Source of the DNA: Parcubacteria group bacterium Athens0714_16 | GTDB taxonomy: Bacteria > Patescibacteriota > Minisyncoccia > Phycocordibacterales > 21-14-all-36-13 | Length of the DNA: 64,000 nt | Reading direction: 5' to 3' | NCBI GenBank assembly: GCA_007376805.1 | Contig: VMGX01000002.1 | Coordinates: 47,116 to 111,115 of the forward strand | Shown: piece after piece, positions 45,878 to 55,833 of the stretch | How positions within the stretch are numbered: the stretch's first letter is position 1 | Layout: each line of letters starts with the position of its first letter | The notes under the pieces: model-generated | The model's input: the letters and a program-made list of their open reading frames with translations, nothing else | Told to the model about the DNA's origin: nothing | Database searches by the model: none | Translations under genes and position numbers: made by a program

Positions 45878-46573
45878 ATGCATAATAATATAATTATTTT
45901 TACAGATGGTTCAGCACTTGGAAACCCGGGTAAAGCAGGGTGGGGGGCGGTTATTATTTCAAACAAAAAAGAAATTTTGGAAATGGGGGGCTTTGAAAAG
46001 AAATCTACAAATAACAGAATGGAAATGACTGCAGTAATAGAGTCTATTAAACGTGTAAACGAAGAATTTCCCGATTCTCATATTACAATTTATACAGATT
46101 CAAGTTATGTTGTAAATGGAATAACAAAATGGATTCATGGCTGGATTTTAAAGGGATGGGTTGGAGTTAACAAACAACCTATTTTAAACAAGGATTTGTG
46201 GGAAGAACTTAAAGAAGTCAGTGGTTCTAATATTAAGTGGAGTTTATTGCCGGGGCACAGCGGAATATTTGGAAATGAGAAAGCCGATGAAATAGCGACA
46301 ACATTTGCGAGTGAAAATAGACCTATTTTATACAAAGGAACAATTGATAAATATAATAAAAATATTCTTGATCTCAGCACAAATGGTATAAGTAAGAGTA
46401 GTAAAAAAAATGTAATAGCATATTCATATTTAAGTATGGTTAATGGGAAAATAGAAAAACACAAAACATGGAAGGAATGTGAAAGCGTGGTGAAGGGGAA
46501 AAAAGATGTAAAGTTTAAAAAATCAATTAGTAGGGAGGATGAAGAAAAAATTATAGATGAGTGGACAAGTTAA
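45878..46573 (+). CDS. rnhA: ribonuclease HI with C-terminal extension
   Basis: IFTDGSALGNPGKAGWGAVI, NNRMEMTAVIESI and IYTDSSYVVNGI catalytic DEDD motifs. About 80 additional C-terminal residues. Confidence 0.85.
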   Translation: MHNNIIIFTDGSALGNPGKAGWGAVIISNKKEILEMGGFEKKSTNNRMEMTAVIESIKRVNEEFPDSHITIYTDSSYVVNGITKWIHGWILKGWVGVNKQPILNKDLWEELKEVSGSNIKWSLLPGHSGIFGNEKADEIATTFASENRPILYKGTIDKYNKNILDLSTNGISKSSKKNVIAYSYLSMVNGKIEKHKTWKECESVVKGKKDVKFKKSISREDEEKIIDEWTS

Positions 46574-46653
46574 ATTCAAAACCGATGAATGAGGTTTTGA
46601 ATCCACAATTTCATCTTTTTGTTCTTAAAATTTTTGAAACTGATTAGTATTTA

Positions 46654-48177
46654 ATGATTTATACTCAATTGAAAATTCATTCGGTTTTCTATGTTTTAAT
46701 AATAAGCTTTGTTTTAGGAGTGTTTTTCCGCTCCTTTTTTAATTTTGGTTTATTTTTTTTGTTGTTTTTAATTTTAATGTCCATTTTGGTTTCTTTGTTC
46801 TATATTTTGTTTTGCAAACAAAATATTAATATTCTTTTTGTTGCAATATTTATCTTGTTTTTTGGTTTTGGTGTATTTAGGTTTAGTTTATATGATGAAT
46901 ATAAGGGTAGTGAAATTACGGACTCATTAGTTGAGCAAAAAATTACAGCCGAAGGAATAATCACTGATGAACCAATAGAAAAAGAAAAAAGTATAAAATT
47001 TATAGTTAAATTAGACAAAGTTATTTCATTTGATGGAGAAACAAAAGTAAAAGACAGGGTTTTAATAATTACAGATCTTCCGTCTCTATTTAAATATGGT
47101 GACGAAGTTGTTTTAAGAGGCATTCTCATTAAACCAAAAAATTTTTCAAGTAACGATAGAGAATTTGATTATGTTTCCTATCTTTCTAAAGATAAAATAT
47201 TTTATCAAATGTTTCGTCCGGAAATAAAACTAAAATCAGAAGGTGGGGGTAATTATATAAAAGAAGTTTTATTTAGTGTAAAAAATTCTTTTTTAAAAAG
47301 TATTAAAAAAATAATTCCTGAACCACACGCATCTTTACTCGGTGGTTTGACAGTTGGTGCTCAGGAATCTTTGGGAGAGGAATTACAAAATAATTTTAGA
47401 AAAACAGGGATTGCGCACATAGTTGTTTTGTCTGGTTATAACGTGACAATTGTTTCCGAAGCCATAATGCGTGTTTTCGGTTTTCTCCCGATGGTTTTTA
47501 AATTTTCTTTAGGTGCCTTAGCAATAATATTTTTTGTTTTGATGACCGGAGCTTCTGCAACGGCCGTTAGAGCTGGGATAATGGCCGTTCTGGTTATTAT
47601 TGCTCGTGTTACGGGAAGAGAATACGATGCGCTTCGCGCACTTTTAATCGCTGGTGTTGTTATGATAATACAAAATCCTAAGATTTTGGCATTTGATTCT
47701 TCTTTCCAACTTTCTTTTATGGCGACCCTAGGACTATTGTATGTTTCACCACGAATTTACAAATATTTTAAATTTATAACTACAAAATTTCAATTTCGTG
47801 AGCTTGTTGTTTCGGCGATAGCGACACAGCTTTTTGTTTTGCCCCTGATTTTATATAAAATGGGGAACCTTTCCATTTTGGCTCTACCTGTAAATTTACT
47901 TATTCTCCCATTTATTCCGATAACGATGTTTTTCGGTTTTGTTTCTGGGGTTATTGGCTTTTTGGGTTCAGCAATAGCTTTTCCATTTTCTTTTATAACA
48001 TTTCTATTTTTAGATTATGAGTTAAAGATAGTGAATTTTTTTGCAAACATACCTTTTTCTTCGATCCAAATAAACAATTTTCCGGTAGTTTTTATGGTTT
48101 TAATATATATAATTTATGGAGTGATTTTATTTTTAATTAATAAAAATAAGAAAAATGTTCCAAAAATAAATTTATGA
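46654..48177 (+). CDS. comEC: ComEC/Rec2 competence channel protein (N-terminal and Competence-domain part only)
   Basis: 507 aa, polytopic. OB-like region followed by the ComEC-type TM core (GIAHIVVLSGYNVTIV). No metallo-beta-lactamase domain in this ORF. Confidence 0.8.
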   Translation: MIYTQLKIHSVFYVLIISFVLGVFFRSFFNFGLFFLLFLILMSILVSLFYILFCKQNINILFVAIFILFFGFGVFRFSLYDEYKGSEITDSLVEQKITAEGIITDEPIEKEKSIKFIVKLDKVISFDGETKVKDRVLIITDLPSLFKYGDEVVLRGILIKPKNFSSNDREFDYVSYLSKDKIFYQMFRPEIKLKSEGGGNYIKEVLFSVKNSFLKSIKKIIPEPHASLLGGLTVGAQESLGEELQNNFRKTGIAHIVVLSGYNVTIVSEAIMRVFGFLPMVFKFSLGALAIIFFVLMTGASATAVRAGIMAVLVIIARVTGREYDALRALLIAGVVMIIQNPKILAFDSSFQLSFMATLGLLYVSPRIYKYFKFITTKFQFRELVVSAIATQLFVLPLILYKMGNLSILALPVNLLILPFIPITMFFGFVSGVIGFLGSAIAFPFSFITFLFLDYELKIVNFFANIPFSSIQINNFPVVFMVLIYIIYGVILFLINKNKKNVPKINL

Positions 48178-48223
48178 TTGGTATCGACCTTTTTATGGAA
48201 TAATAATTTAATCACCAGCTACT

Positions 48224-48261
48224 AAACCATTCCAATATTCCTAGGAATATTGGAATGGTTT
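48224..48261. promoter_or_regulatory. perfect 38-bp palindrome, candidate operator / bidirectional terminator
   Basis: AAACCATTCCAATATTCCT|AGGAATATTGGAATGGTTT, 40 nt upstream of the HTH gene. A partial copy (GGTATTCCTAGGAACATTGGAATAGGTTT) lies at about 48555-48584, before the MBL gene. Confidence 0.6.
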
Positions 48262-48300
48262 ATGGTATAATTCATAATTATATTATTTTTAAAATTATTT

Positions 48301-48579
48301 ATGAAAAAAAGAAAAAACTATAAAGAATTAGAAAAAATTGTTAAGGGTTTTTCTAATCACAGAAGAATTGAAATAATGGAAATTCTGCATAAAAAACCTG
48401 GACTGTCGTTGTTTGAAATCGCAGAATATTTGGATGTAAATTTTAGAACGATTTCTGAACACACAAGGAGATTGGTTGTGGCTGGGTTGATTTTCAAAAG
48501 AGCAGATATAAATTTTGTGAGACACGAATTAACTAGGCGCGGGAAAGCCGTTCTGGTATTCCTAGGAACATTGGAATAG
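48301..48579 (+). CDS. ArsR/SmtB-like winged-helix transcriptional regulator
   Basis: 92 aa. HRRIEIMEILHKKPGLSLFEIAEYLDVNFRTISEHTRRL is an ArsR-type wHTH. Confidence 0.7.
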   Translation: MKKRKNYKELEKIVKGFSNHRRIEIMEILHKKPGLSLFEIAEYLDVNFRTISEHTRRLVVAGLIFKRADINFVRHELTRRGKAVLVFLGTLE

Positions 48580-48585
48580 GTTTCG

Positions 48586-49503
48586 ATGGTTTTTTATTTG
48601 TTTTTTGTTTTTCTCTTTTTTTTATTTTGTTTTATGAAAACATTAAAATCTATTCAAAAATATTTAAAATTTATTATTTTACTTTTTCTGACCCTCACCG
48701 TTCTCTTTATTTGGTCTGGGGTTTTTGCTCAGCAACAAGGCGATATTTTGAAGATTGCGTTTTTGGACGTTGGACAGGGTGATGCAATATTTATAGAAAC
48801 ACCAAGTGGCAACCAAGTTCTTATTGATGGTGGTCCCGACAAAAAAGTTTTGAGAGAATTATCAAAAATTATGCCTTTTTTTGATAGGACAATTGATGTT
48901 GTTATTGAAACACACCCAGATCAAGATCATATAGGTGGATTACCTGCGATCTTTGAAGGATATGAAATTTCTAAATTTATTGAATCGGGGGTGGTTTCTG
49001 ATACGGACACATATAATTTTTTAAGAGATTTAGTTAAAGAAGAAAAATCCGAACAAATTTTAGCGAGAAGAGGAATGATTTTAAATTTAGATAATGGTAT
49101 TTATTTAAAAATTTTATTTCCAGACAGAGATGTGTCTGGAATAGATACAAATGATGCGTCGGTTGTTGCTCAACTTGTTTATGGAAACACAAAATTTTTA
49201 TTTACAGGCGATTCGCCTCAAAAAATTGAAAATTATATAACCTCACTTAATAGCAAGGAATTAAAAAGTGATGTTTTAAAGGTTGGCCACCATGGTTCAA
49301 AAACCTCCTCGTCAAAATCTTTTTTGGGATTTATTTCTCCCGAATACGCGGTTATATCTGTTGGGGCAGATAATAAATATGGGCATCCAAACCAAGAGGT
49401 AATTGATTTGTTAAATGAATTCGATGTTGGAATTTTAAAAACTTCTGAAAACGGAACAATAATTTTTGAAACAGACGGAGAGGTTTTAAATTTAATCCAA
49501 TAA
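48586..49503 (+). CDS. membrane-anchored metallo-beta-lactamase fold hydrolase (ComEC C-terminal-domain-like)
   Basis: N-terminal TM. FLDVGQGDAIFIE, ETHPDQDHIGG and VGHHGS motifs match the ComEC lactamase_B domain. Confidence 0.8.
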   Translation: MVFYLFFVFLFFLFCFMKTLKSIQKYLKFIILLFLTLTVLFIWSGVFAQQQGDILKIAFLDVGQGDAIFIETPSGNQVLIDGGPDKKVLRELSKIMPFFDRTIDVVIETHPDQDHIGGLPAIFEGYEISKFIESGVVSDTDTYNFLRDLVKEEKSEQILARRGMILNLDNGIYLKILFPDRDVSGIDTNDASVVAQLVYGNTKFLFTGDSPQKIENYITSLNSKELKSDVLKVGHHGSKTSSSKSFLGFISPEYAVISVGADNKYGHPNQEVIDLLNEFDVGILKTSENGTIIFETDGEVLNLIQ

Positions 49504-49674
49504 CTTCTAAATTTATTTGTTATGTCAAAAATTATAATCTATTCTCTTATTCTTACGAATAAGAGAATAGATTATAGGTTTTTACAAAAATAAAAGCCGG
49601 ATTAAATCCGACTTTTATTTTTATAAAACACAAAAAACATTATAAATTAAAAAGCTCATTAAGAGCTTTTTAAT

Positions 49675-49917
49675 TTATATAACCCCAGCTTTCTTAAGAA
49701 CGGCGTAGGCGCCATGTTTTTGTATAGTTTTGATTGCCTTTGTTGAAAGTATTACATTTACTGTCTTATTTATTTCAGGAACAAAAACCCTTTTGTTTTT
49801 AAGGTTTGCTTTTCTTCTTTTTACTCCCACAGGATTAAACTGTGTAGCACGAGTTCTGTTGCTGTATCCACCAGCCATTTTTGAACTCTTACCATTTACT
49901 GCGCATTTTCTTGCCAT
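49675..49917 (-). CDS. rpmB: 50S ribosomal protein L28
   Basis: 80 aa. MARKCAVNGK...SNRTRATQ...RRKANL pattern is L28-like. Confidence 0.8.
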   Translation of the reverse strand: MARKCAVNGKSSKMAGGYSNRTRATQFNPVGVKRRKANLKNKRVFVPEINKTVNVILSTKAIKTIQKHGAYAVLKKAGVI

Positions 49918-50067
49918 ATTTTTCTTATTAAGTGTGATTATGTTATCATAATATCAAATTTATTCAAGTATTATGTCCCAGTAGCAAAATATTTTTCAAT
50001 ATTATAAGTTGCATTCAAAACACAGCGGATGAATTAAAATTTCTTTTAAATATTTTAAATTCTGATT

Positions 50068-50697
50068 TTGCTACGGGATAAACAAGGAATGGAAACAATT
50101 TTTTCAATAATAATATTAATTTTTTCTGTTGTCATACACGAGTTTTCTCATGGATATGCCGCAGATAAATTAGGCGACCCAACTGCTCGGTTGGCTGGTC
50201 GTCTGACCTTAAACCCATTTGCACACCTTTCTTTATTTGGTTCTTTCATTTTTCCTCTAATAACATATTCGCTCGGTGGTTTTATTTTTGGTTGGGCAAA
50301 ACCAGTTCCCTATAATCCATACAACATAAGACATAAATATGGAGATGCAATTGTTGCGGTCGCTGGCCCGGGCTCAAATTTTTTACTTGCAGTAATTTTT
50401 GGTGTTTTGATTCGTCTCAATGTCGCATATGGTCTTTTCCCGTCGCCATTTATTGATGTTTTTGCTCTGATTGTTGTTATAAATATAATTTTAGGAATTT
50501 TTAATCTGATCCCGATTCCACCATTGGATGGTTCAAAAATTCTTTTTAACTTTTTGCCGGTCAGATATTTATTTATAAAAGATTTTCTTGAAAAATATTG
50601 GCCAGTTTTCGCATTTATACTCGTTTTCTTTTTGTGGAAATTTATACTACCACTCGTTCATTTAATTTTTTCTCTCATAACAGGAATAGCCGTTTAA
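50068..50697 (+). CDS. M50 family (site-2 protease-like) zinc metalloprotease
   Basis: HEFSHGYAA (HExxH) and [14 protein letters not shown] (NxxPxxxLDG) motifs, polytopic. The start may be METIFS at 50089. Confidence 0.8.
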   Translation: MLRDKQGMETIFSIIILIFSVVIHEFSHGYAADKLGDPTARLAGRLTLNPFAHLSLFGSFIFPLITYSLGGFIFGWAKPVPYNPYNIRHKYGDAIVAVAGPGSNFLLAVIFGVLIRLNVAYGLFPSPFIDVFALIVVINIILGIFNLIPIPPLDGSKILFNFLPVRYLFIKDFLEKYWPVFAFILVFFLWKFILPLVHLIFSLITGIAV

Positions 50698-50791
50698 TAG
50701 GGAATTTTTCCAAAACCCTTGCTTTTTATTGTTAAAAATATTACATTATATGTCGTTCGGTGTATTAACCGAACGGTGTTTTTTATTAAAA

Positions 50792-51208
50792 ATGTCCACA
50801 ATAAATCAATTAATTAAGAGCGGAAGAAAAAAACAGGTTAAAAAGCCAAGGGCTGTGGCTCTTTTGCGTGGTTTTAATACTAAGAAAAATGCACCAGTAT
50901 TTTATCCGTCTCCCTTTAAAAGAGGTGTTTGTATAAAAGTAACGACAAAAACTCCTAAAAAACCAAACTCTGCTATAAGAAAGATTGCTAGGGTAAGATT
51001 AACAAACGGATTGGAAGTAACAGCATATATTCCGGGGATAGGACACACAATTCAGGAACACTCAGTCGTTTTGTTAAGATCTGGGAAAGTAAAAGATATC
51101 GGTGTTAGATACACGATTGTAAGAGGAAAATTAGACGCTTCCGGAGTTGATAAAAGAGAAAACGCAAGAAGTCGTTACGGAGTTAAAAAACCTAAGGTTA
51201 AAAAGTAG
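50792..51208 (+). CDS. rpsL: 30S ribosomal protein S12
   Basis: [14 protein letters not shown]...[18 protein letters not shown]. Start set at the conserved MSTINQL; the ORF is open from 50729. Confidence 0.95.
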   Translation: MSTINQLIKSGRKKQVKKPRAVALLRGFNTKKNAPVFYPSPFKRGVCIKVTTKTPKKPNSAIRKIARVRLTNGLEVTAYIPGIGHTIQEHSVVLLRSGKVKDIGVRYTIVRGKLDASGVDKRENARSRYGVKKPKVKK

Positions 51209-51309
51209 AAAGCAACAAAACAACAAAACAACAAAACAACAAAGCAACAAAGCAACAAAGCAAGAAAACAAGAAAACAAAGCACAAAAAATATTTTATAA
51301 TTTATTAAT

Positions 51310-51780
51310 ATGAGAAGAGCAATTAAAAGAAGAGACCCTGTCTCACCAGACCGAATATATAATTCAACAAAAGTTGAGAAGTTTCTTGGTTATATAATGG
51401 AGAGTGGTAAAAAAGAAATAGCAATGAAAATTGTTTATGATGCTTTTGATTATATAAAGGAAAAAGAAAAAGGAGCAAATCCTCTTGATGTTTTTGAAAA
51501 TGCTATAAAAAATTCATCTCCACTTATGGAAGTTCGTTCAAGAAGAATTGGTGGTGCAAACTATCAGGTTCCTCGTGAAGTTAGACCAGAAAGAAGATTA
51601 TCTTTGTCTATGAGATGGATAATTGATGCAGCAAAATCAAAGAAAGGAGCTAAAATGTTTAAAAAATTAGGAGATGAAATAATTCTCGCAAGTAAGGGAG
51701 AGGGTGAGGCAGTAAAGAAAAGAGAAAATACCCACAAGATGGCGGAATCAAACAAGGCGTTCGCTCATTTTTCGTGGTAA
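51310..51780 (+). CDS. rpsG: 30S ribosomal protein S7
   Basis: 156 aa. EVRSRRIGGANYQVPREV and KAFAHFSW are S7 signatures. Confidence 0.95.
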   Translation: MRRAIKRRDPVSPDRIYNSTKVEKFLGYIMESGKKEIAMKIVYDAFDYIKEKEKGANPLDVFENAIKNSSPLMEVRSRRIGGANYQVPREVRPERRLSLSMRWIIDAAKSKKGAKMFKKLGDEIILASKGEGEAVKKRENTHKMAESNKAFAHFSW

Positions 51781-51858
51781 TTTATTGGTTTTATTTTATA
51801 AATTTATACTTTTAAGTTGTAGTTTTGACTTTTGAGTTTTAAGTTTTGAGTTAATTTT

Positions 51859-52755
51859 ATGCGTGATTACCCATTAGAAAAAGTTAGAAACATAGGAATT
51901 ATTGCACACATAGACGCGGGGAAAACAACAGTTTCCGAGCGCGTTCTTTTTTATACAGGAGTTTCTCACAAAATAGGTGAAGTCCACGAAGGAAAGGCGG
52001 TTATGGATTGGATGGAACAGGAAAGAGAAAGAGGAATTACCATTACATCCGCTGCAACGACTTGTTTTTGGACTCCAACATATCAAACAATGCAGATAAA
52101 CGCAGATAAAAAATCGCAGATTGACGCAGATGAAACAAAAAAAGAATTTGAACACAGAATAAATATTATAGATACACCAGGACACGTGGACTTTACAGTT
52201 GAGGTTGAGAGATCTCTGAAGGTTCTTGACGGTGGTGTTGTTGTTTTTGACGGAGTCGCAGGAGTTGAACCACAGTCAGAAACAGTTTGGAGACAGGCAG
52301 ATAAATATCATGTTCCAAGAATTTGTTTTATAAACAAACTCGATAGAACAGGAGGAAATTTTGAAAGGTCATACAAAACAATTTTAGATAGATTAACAAA
52401 AAATGCAGTTAGAATGCAGATACCGATCGGTGAAGAAGAAAAACACATGGGAGTTGTTGATCTTTTGAAAATGAAAGCATTTTATTTTGAAGGAGATTTA
52501 GGGAGCACAATAAGAGAAGCTGAAATCCCAGACGAATTAAAGGCTGATGCACAGAAATACAGAAATGAACTTGTAGAAAAAATTGTTGAGAACGACGAAG
52601 AAATGATGACCAAATATCTTGGCGGTGAAGAGATTGGAGTTGATATTTTGAAAAAACTTTTAAGAAAATCAGTAATTGCTGGGTTGGTTGTTCCTGTTTT
52701 TACTGGTTCCGCATTAAAAAATAAAGGAGTTCAACTTGGATGTTCCGCCAATTAA
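51859..52755 (+). CDS. fusA: elongation factor G, N-terminal (G domain) ORF
   Basis: [14 protein letters not shown] and NKLD GTPase motifs. Ends ...[14 protein letters not shown] after a frame break. Contains a 27-aa insertion before [11 protein letters not shown]. Confidence 0.85.
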   Translation: MRDYPLEKVRNIGIIAHIDAGKTTVSERVLFYTGVSHKIGEVHEGKAVMDWMEQERERGITITSAATTCFWTPTYQTMQINADKKSQIDADETKKEFEHRINIIDTPGHVDFTVEVERSLKVLDGGVVVFDGVAGVEPQSETVWRQADKYHVPRICFINKLDRTGGNFERSYKTILDRLTKNAVRMQIPIGEEEKHMGVVDLLKMKAFYFEGDLGSTIREAEIPDELKADAQKYRNELVEKIVENDEEMMTKYLGGEEIGVDILKKLLRKSVIAGLVVPVFTGSALKNKGVQLGCSAN

Positions 52756-54007
52756 AGGAATAGACCCAAACACTGACGGAGAAATAGAAAGAAAATCAGA
52801 TGATAACGAGCCGTTTGCTGCGCTTGCTTTTAAATTACAAACGGACCCATTCGTTGGTCAGTTAACATATTTTAGAGTTTATTCAGGAACACTTGAATCT
52901 GGTTCTTATGTGTACAATTCTACAACAGGAGAAAAAGAAAGAATCGGAAGAATTTTAAGAATGCATGCAAACCTAAGAGAAGATGTAAAAAAAGTTTATG
53001 CAGGAGAAATTGCAGCAGCTGTTGGTCTTAAAAACACAAGAACATCAGATACTCTTTGTGACGAAGTCCATCCAATAATTCTTGAAAGAATTGTGTTCCC
53101 AGAACCGGTTGTATCTTTGAGAATTGAACCAAAAACAAAAGCAGACCAAGAAAAAATGGGTATTGCACTTAAAAAACTTTCTGACGAAGATCCAACATTC
53201 AGAATTAAATCAGATCAAGAAACACTGGAGACAATTATTTCTGGTATGGGAGAATTACACCTCGATATTATTGTGGACAGAATGAAAAGAGAATTTAATG
53301 TTGAAGCAAATATAGGCAAACCACAGGTTGCATACAGAGAAACAATAACAGGCGAGGCAGAAGCAGAATATAAATACATAAGACAAACAGGTGGTCGCGG
53401 ACAATACGGTCACGTAAAAATTAGAGTCAAACCAATGCCGTTAGAAGAAGAAAAAAATAAAAAACTTGCAAGAAATATAAAGAGGTCTGAGGGACTTGAA
53501 TTTATAAATAATATTAAAGGGGGCGTTATTCCACAAGAATATATTCCAGCAGTTGAAAAAGGGGTTCGTGAAGCGATGGACAGAGGTATTCAGGCTGGTT
53601 ATAAAATTGTAAATGTGTCAGTGGATTTGTTTGACGGTTCATTCCACGACGTTGACTCTTCTGAAATTGCATTCAAAATTGCAGCATCACAAGCATTTCA
53701 AGATGCAACAAAAAGAGCAAAACCAGTTATTCTTGAGCCTGTTATGAAATTAGAAGTTGTTACACCAGATAAATTTATGGGAGACATAACAGGAAATCTT
53801 GCTTCAAAGAGAGGACAAATTGAAGGCTCTGAAGAAAGAATTGGTTTGAAAGTAATTCATGCGAAAGTTCCTCTTTCAGAAATGTTTGGATATACGACAT
53901 CATTACGTTCAATGACAGAAGGCCGTGCATCTTCAACAATGGAATTTGATCATTATGCGATTGTACCGGAGAATGTTGCTAAAGAAATTATAGAAGCGAG
54001 AAAGTAG
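52736..54007 (+). CDS. fusA: elongation factor G, domains II-V ORF
   Basis: (L)DVPPIKG...PFAALAFK...ISGMGELHL...[11 protein letters not shown]. In the +1 frame relative to the upstream ORF. TTG at 52736 lies 6 nt after AAGGAG. Confidence 0.85.
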   Translation: MDVPPIKGIDPNTDGEIERKSDDNEPFAALAFKLQTDPFVGQLTYFRVYSGTLESGSYVYNSTTGEKERIGRILRMHANLREDVKKVYAGEIAAAVGLKNTRTSDTLCDEVHPIILERIVFPEPVVSLRIEPKTKADQEKMGIALKKLSDEDPTFRIKSDQETLETIISGMGELHLDIIVDRMKREFNVEANIGKPQVAYRETITGEAEAEYKYIRQTGGRGQYGHVKIRVKPMPLEEEKNKKLARNIKRSEGLEFINNIKGGVIPQEYIPAVEKGVREAMDRGIQAGYKIVNVSVDLFDGSFHDVDSSEIAFKIAASQAFQDATKRAKPVILEPVMKLEVVTPDKFMGDITGNLASKRGQIEGSEERIGLKVIHAKVPLSEMFGYTTSLRSMTEGRASSTMEFDHYAIVPENVAKEIIEARK

Positions 54008-54151
54008 AATCACTAAATCACCAAATCACCAAATCACCAAATCACTAAATCATAAAACCAAAAAAAATCAAAAAAACAAAAATAATAAGCTCGTTTGAAT
54101 AAAATTCAAACGAGCTTATTTTTTAATTCCCTTCCAAGCAGATTTTTATAA

Positions 54152-54406
54152 TCATTGGTTTTTAAGAAGTTCTCTCCTTTCCAGCGTCATTTCCAACAAT
54201 TCTTTTGTGTCAAACATTTTCGACATCTCGTCGGATAAAGGTTTCCCACCTACAAAAGAAACAATTTGTTCATTCGGATTTTCGGGGGCAATAATAAGTA
54301 AAGAACTCATCCCGCCGCTTTCCATTTCCAATCTCTCTAGCTCCTTAATTAGATTAATAATTGCTTCATTACATTTTTCATCGATATGAAATTTTGGCGA
54401 TGGCAT
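54152..54406 (-). CDS. hypothetical protein
   Basis: 84-aa ORF. AGGAGG RBS, private TTGACA promoter and a terminator. Confidence 0.5.
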   Translation of the reverse strand: MPSPKFHIDEKCNEAIINLIKELERLEMESGGMSSLLIIAPENPNEQIVSFVGGKPLSDEMSKMFDTKELLEMTLERRELLKNQ

Positions 54407-54532
54407 CTCTGCTCCTCCTATTTGTTATTGAAATATACTACTTATCTAAATTCAAATTACTCTTATAAAAAACTTTGTCAACGTAAAATAAAAAAATCGT
54501 TTGCCCTTATTACGGGGACAAACGATTTTTTG

Positions 54533-54982
54533 TTAATCTTCTAACTTGAAAATTTTTTCCACTTCATCTGTAAGTTTTGGTTTTAATTCTAGTATCCAAC
54601 TGATTCTTTCTGGGAAAGCTTTTATAACTTCCAAAGTTATGTGATCGGGGAGTTTTGGTATGATGAAATTAAAATGAATTCTTAGCGCAGTTTCATTAAT
54701 TACACCACTTTTTTCTACCAAAGTTTTTATAATTTCAACTGTTTCCCCCGGGAACTTTGTAACAAAAAAATATGAAGAATCAGGTTCTGCTTTCACAACT
54801 TCTAGAATCTTTTCAAGAGGTATAACTTTCAAAACACTAGGACGTTCTCCTGGACGGCAAAATTTTAATATTTTTATTATTAAATTAGGATGTTGTTCTG
54901 CCACTTTTGCGGCCCATCCGTCATATTGGTTAATCTTCATTACGATTTCAATGTTGTCTTCATTTACTTCTGAAATTTTCAT
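54533..54982 (-). CDS. hypothetical protein
   Basis: 149-aa ORF with a private promoter/5'UTR module homologous to that of 54152-54406. Confidence 0.5.
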   Translation of the reverse strand: MKISEVNEDNIEIVMKINQYDGWAAKVAEQHPNLIIKILKFCRPGERPSVLKVIPLEKILEVVKAEPDSSYFFVTKFPGETVEIIKTLVEKSGVINETALRIHFNFIIPKLPDHITLEVIKAFPERISWILELKPKLTDEVEKIFKLED

Positions 54983-55125
54983 TTAAAACCTCACTTCGTT
55001 TGTTATTTAAATGTACTACTTTCCTAAATTCAAAATACTCCCATTCAAAATTTTTGTCAATATAAAATAAAAACCACGTTCAAACGTTAAATTTGAGCGT
55101 GGTTGCTTAAATAAAGAAAAGATTT

Positions 55126-55833
55126 TTAAATTTTTTTTCTTAATAAAATATAATGATTTTCATCAAAATATTCCGGCATTATTGTTATAGAAGAACATTT
55201 GTTTATGACGTCACAAGATATCATAACGTTTTCGCAAGGAGACAAGGAGTATAATTCGTTCGCATTTTCTAGCTCTATCAAAATAGGAGACCTAAGCGGG
55301 TCAACACAAATTATTTTCCCCCAGATTCCACGAGATTTTAATGCCAAAGGATTAATTTGATTGATAAAACAATAAAAATATTCTGCACTTGCAAAAGAAT
55401 ATCCGTAAAACCTTACTTTATTCTTGAGAAATCCAAATTGGTTTTTTCCTTTTACATTCATCAAAAATAATTCAGATTCCTGTCTCTTTTGGAATTTTTT
55501 TCCAATTGTTTCAAGAAGTTTTTCTAATGGTTCAATATATTCTCCGTGCCACGATGATAGTGGAAAAGATGTTTCTGCCATTCTACGAATTGTCTTTATA
55601 TTTAAATCTTGTCCGTTGTATTTTGACAACGTTCCAATTTTAAAAATTTTAACATCCGTAAAATTTCTGATCATTTTGTTAAAAGATTCACCAAACTCTG
55701 TCTTTTTTTGAGAAATGTAGAGTATGTCTTGTGGTGTTATTCCATTCCATTTAATTTGGGAAACCATGGTTTGGATTAATTCGCCAACCGTGTCGGGTTG
55801 TATGGGGACTGTCTCATTTTTTAGATTTTCCAT
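55126..55833 (-). CDS. hypothetical protein
   Basis: 235-aa ORF. AGGAGG RBS. Private promoter TTGACAAAAATTTTGTTAGGAGTATTTTGA. Confidence 0.5.
   Translation of the reverse strand: MENLKNETVPIQPDTVGELIQTMVSQIKWNGITPQDILYISQKKTEFGESFNKMIRNFTDVKIFKIGTLSKYNGQDLNIKTIRRMAETSFPLSSWHGEYIEPLEKLLETIGKKFQKRQESELFLMNVKGKNQFGFLKNKVRFYGYSFASAEYFYCFINQINPLALKSRGIWGKIICVDPLRSPILIELENANELYSLSPCENVMISCDVINKCSSITIMPEYFDENHYILLRKKI

Noticed and set aside
51209-51290. Short-period repeats as a CRISPR array
   Set aside because: The units are 6-8 nt, contiguous, and have no spacers. No repeat-spacer architecture or cas genes exist anywhere in the window.
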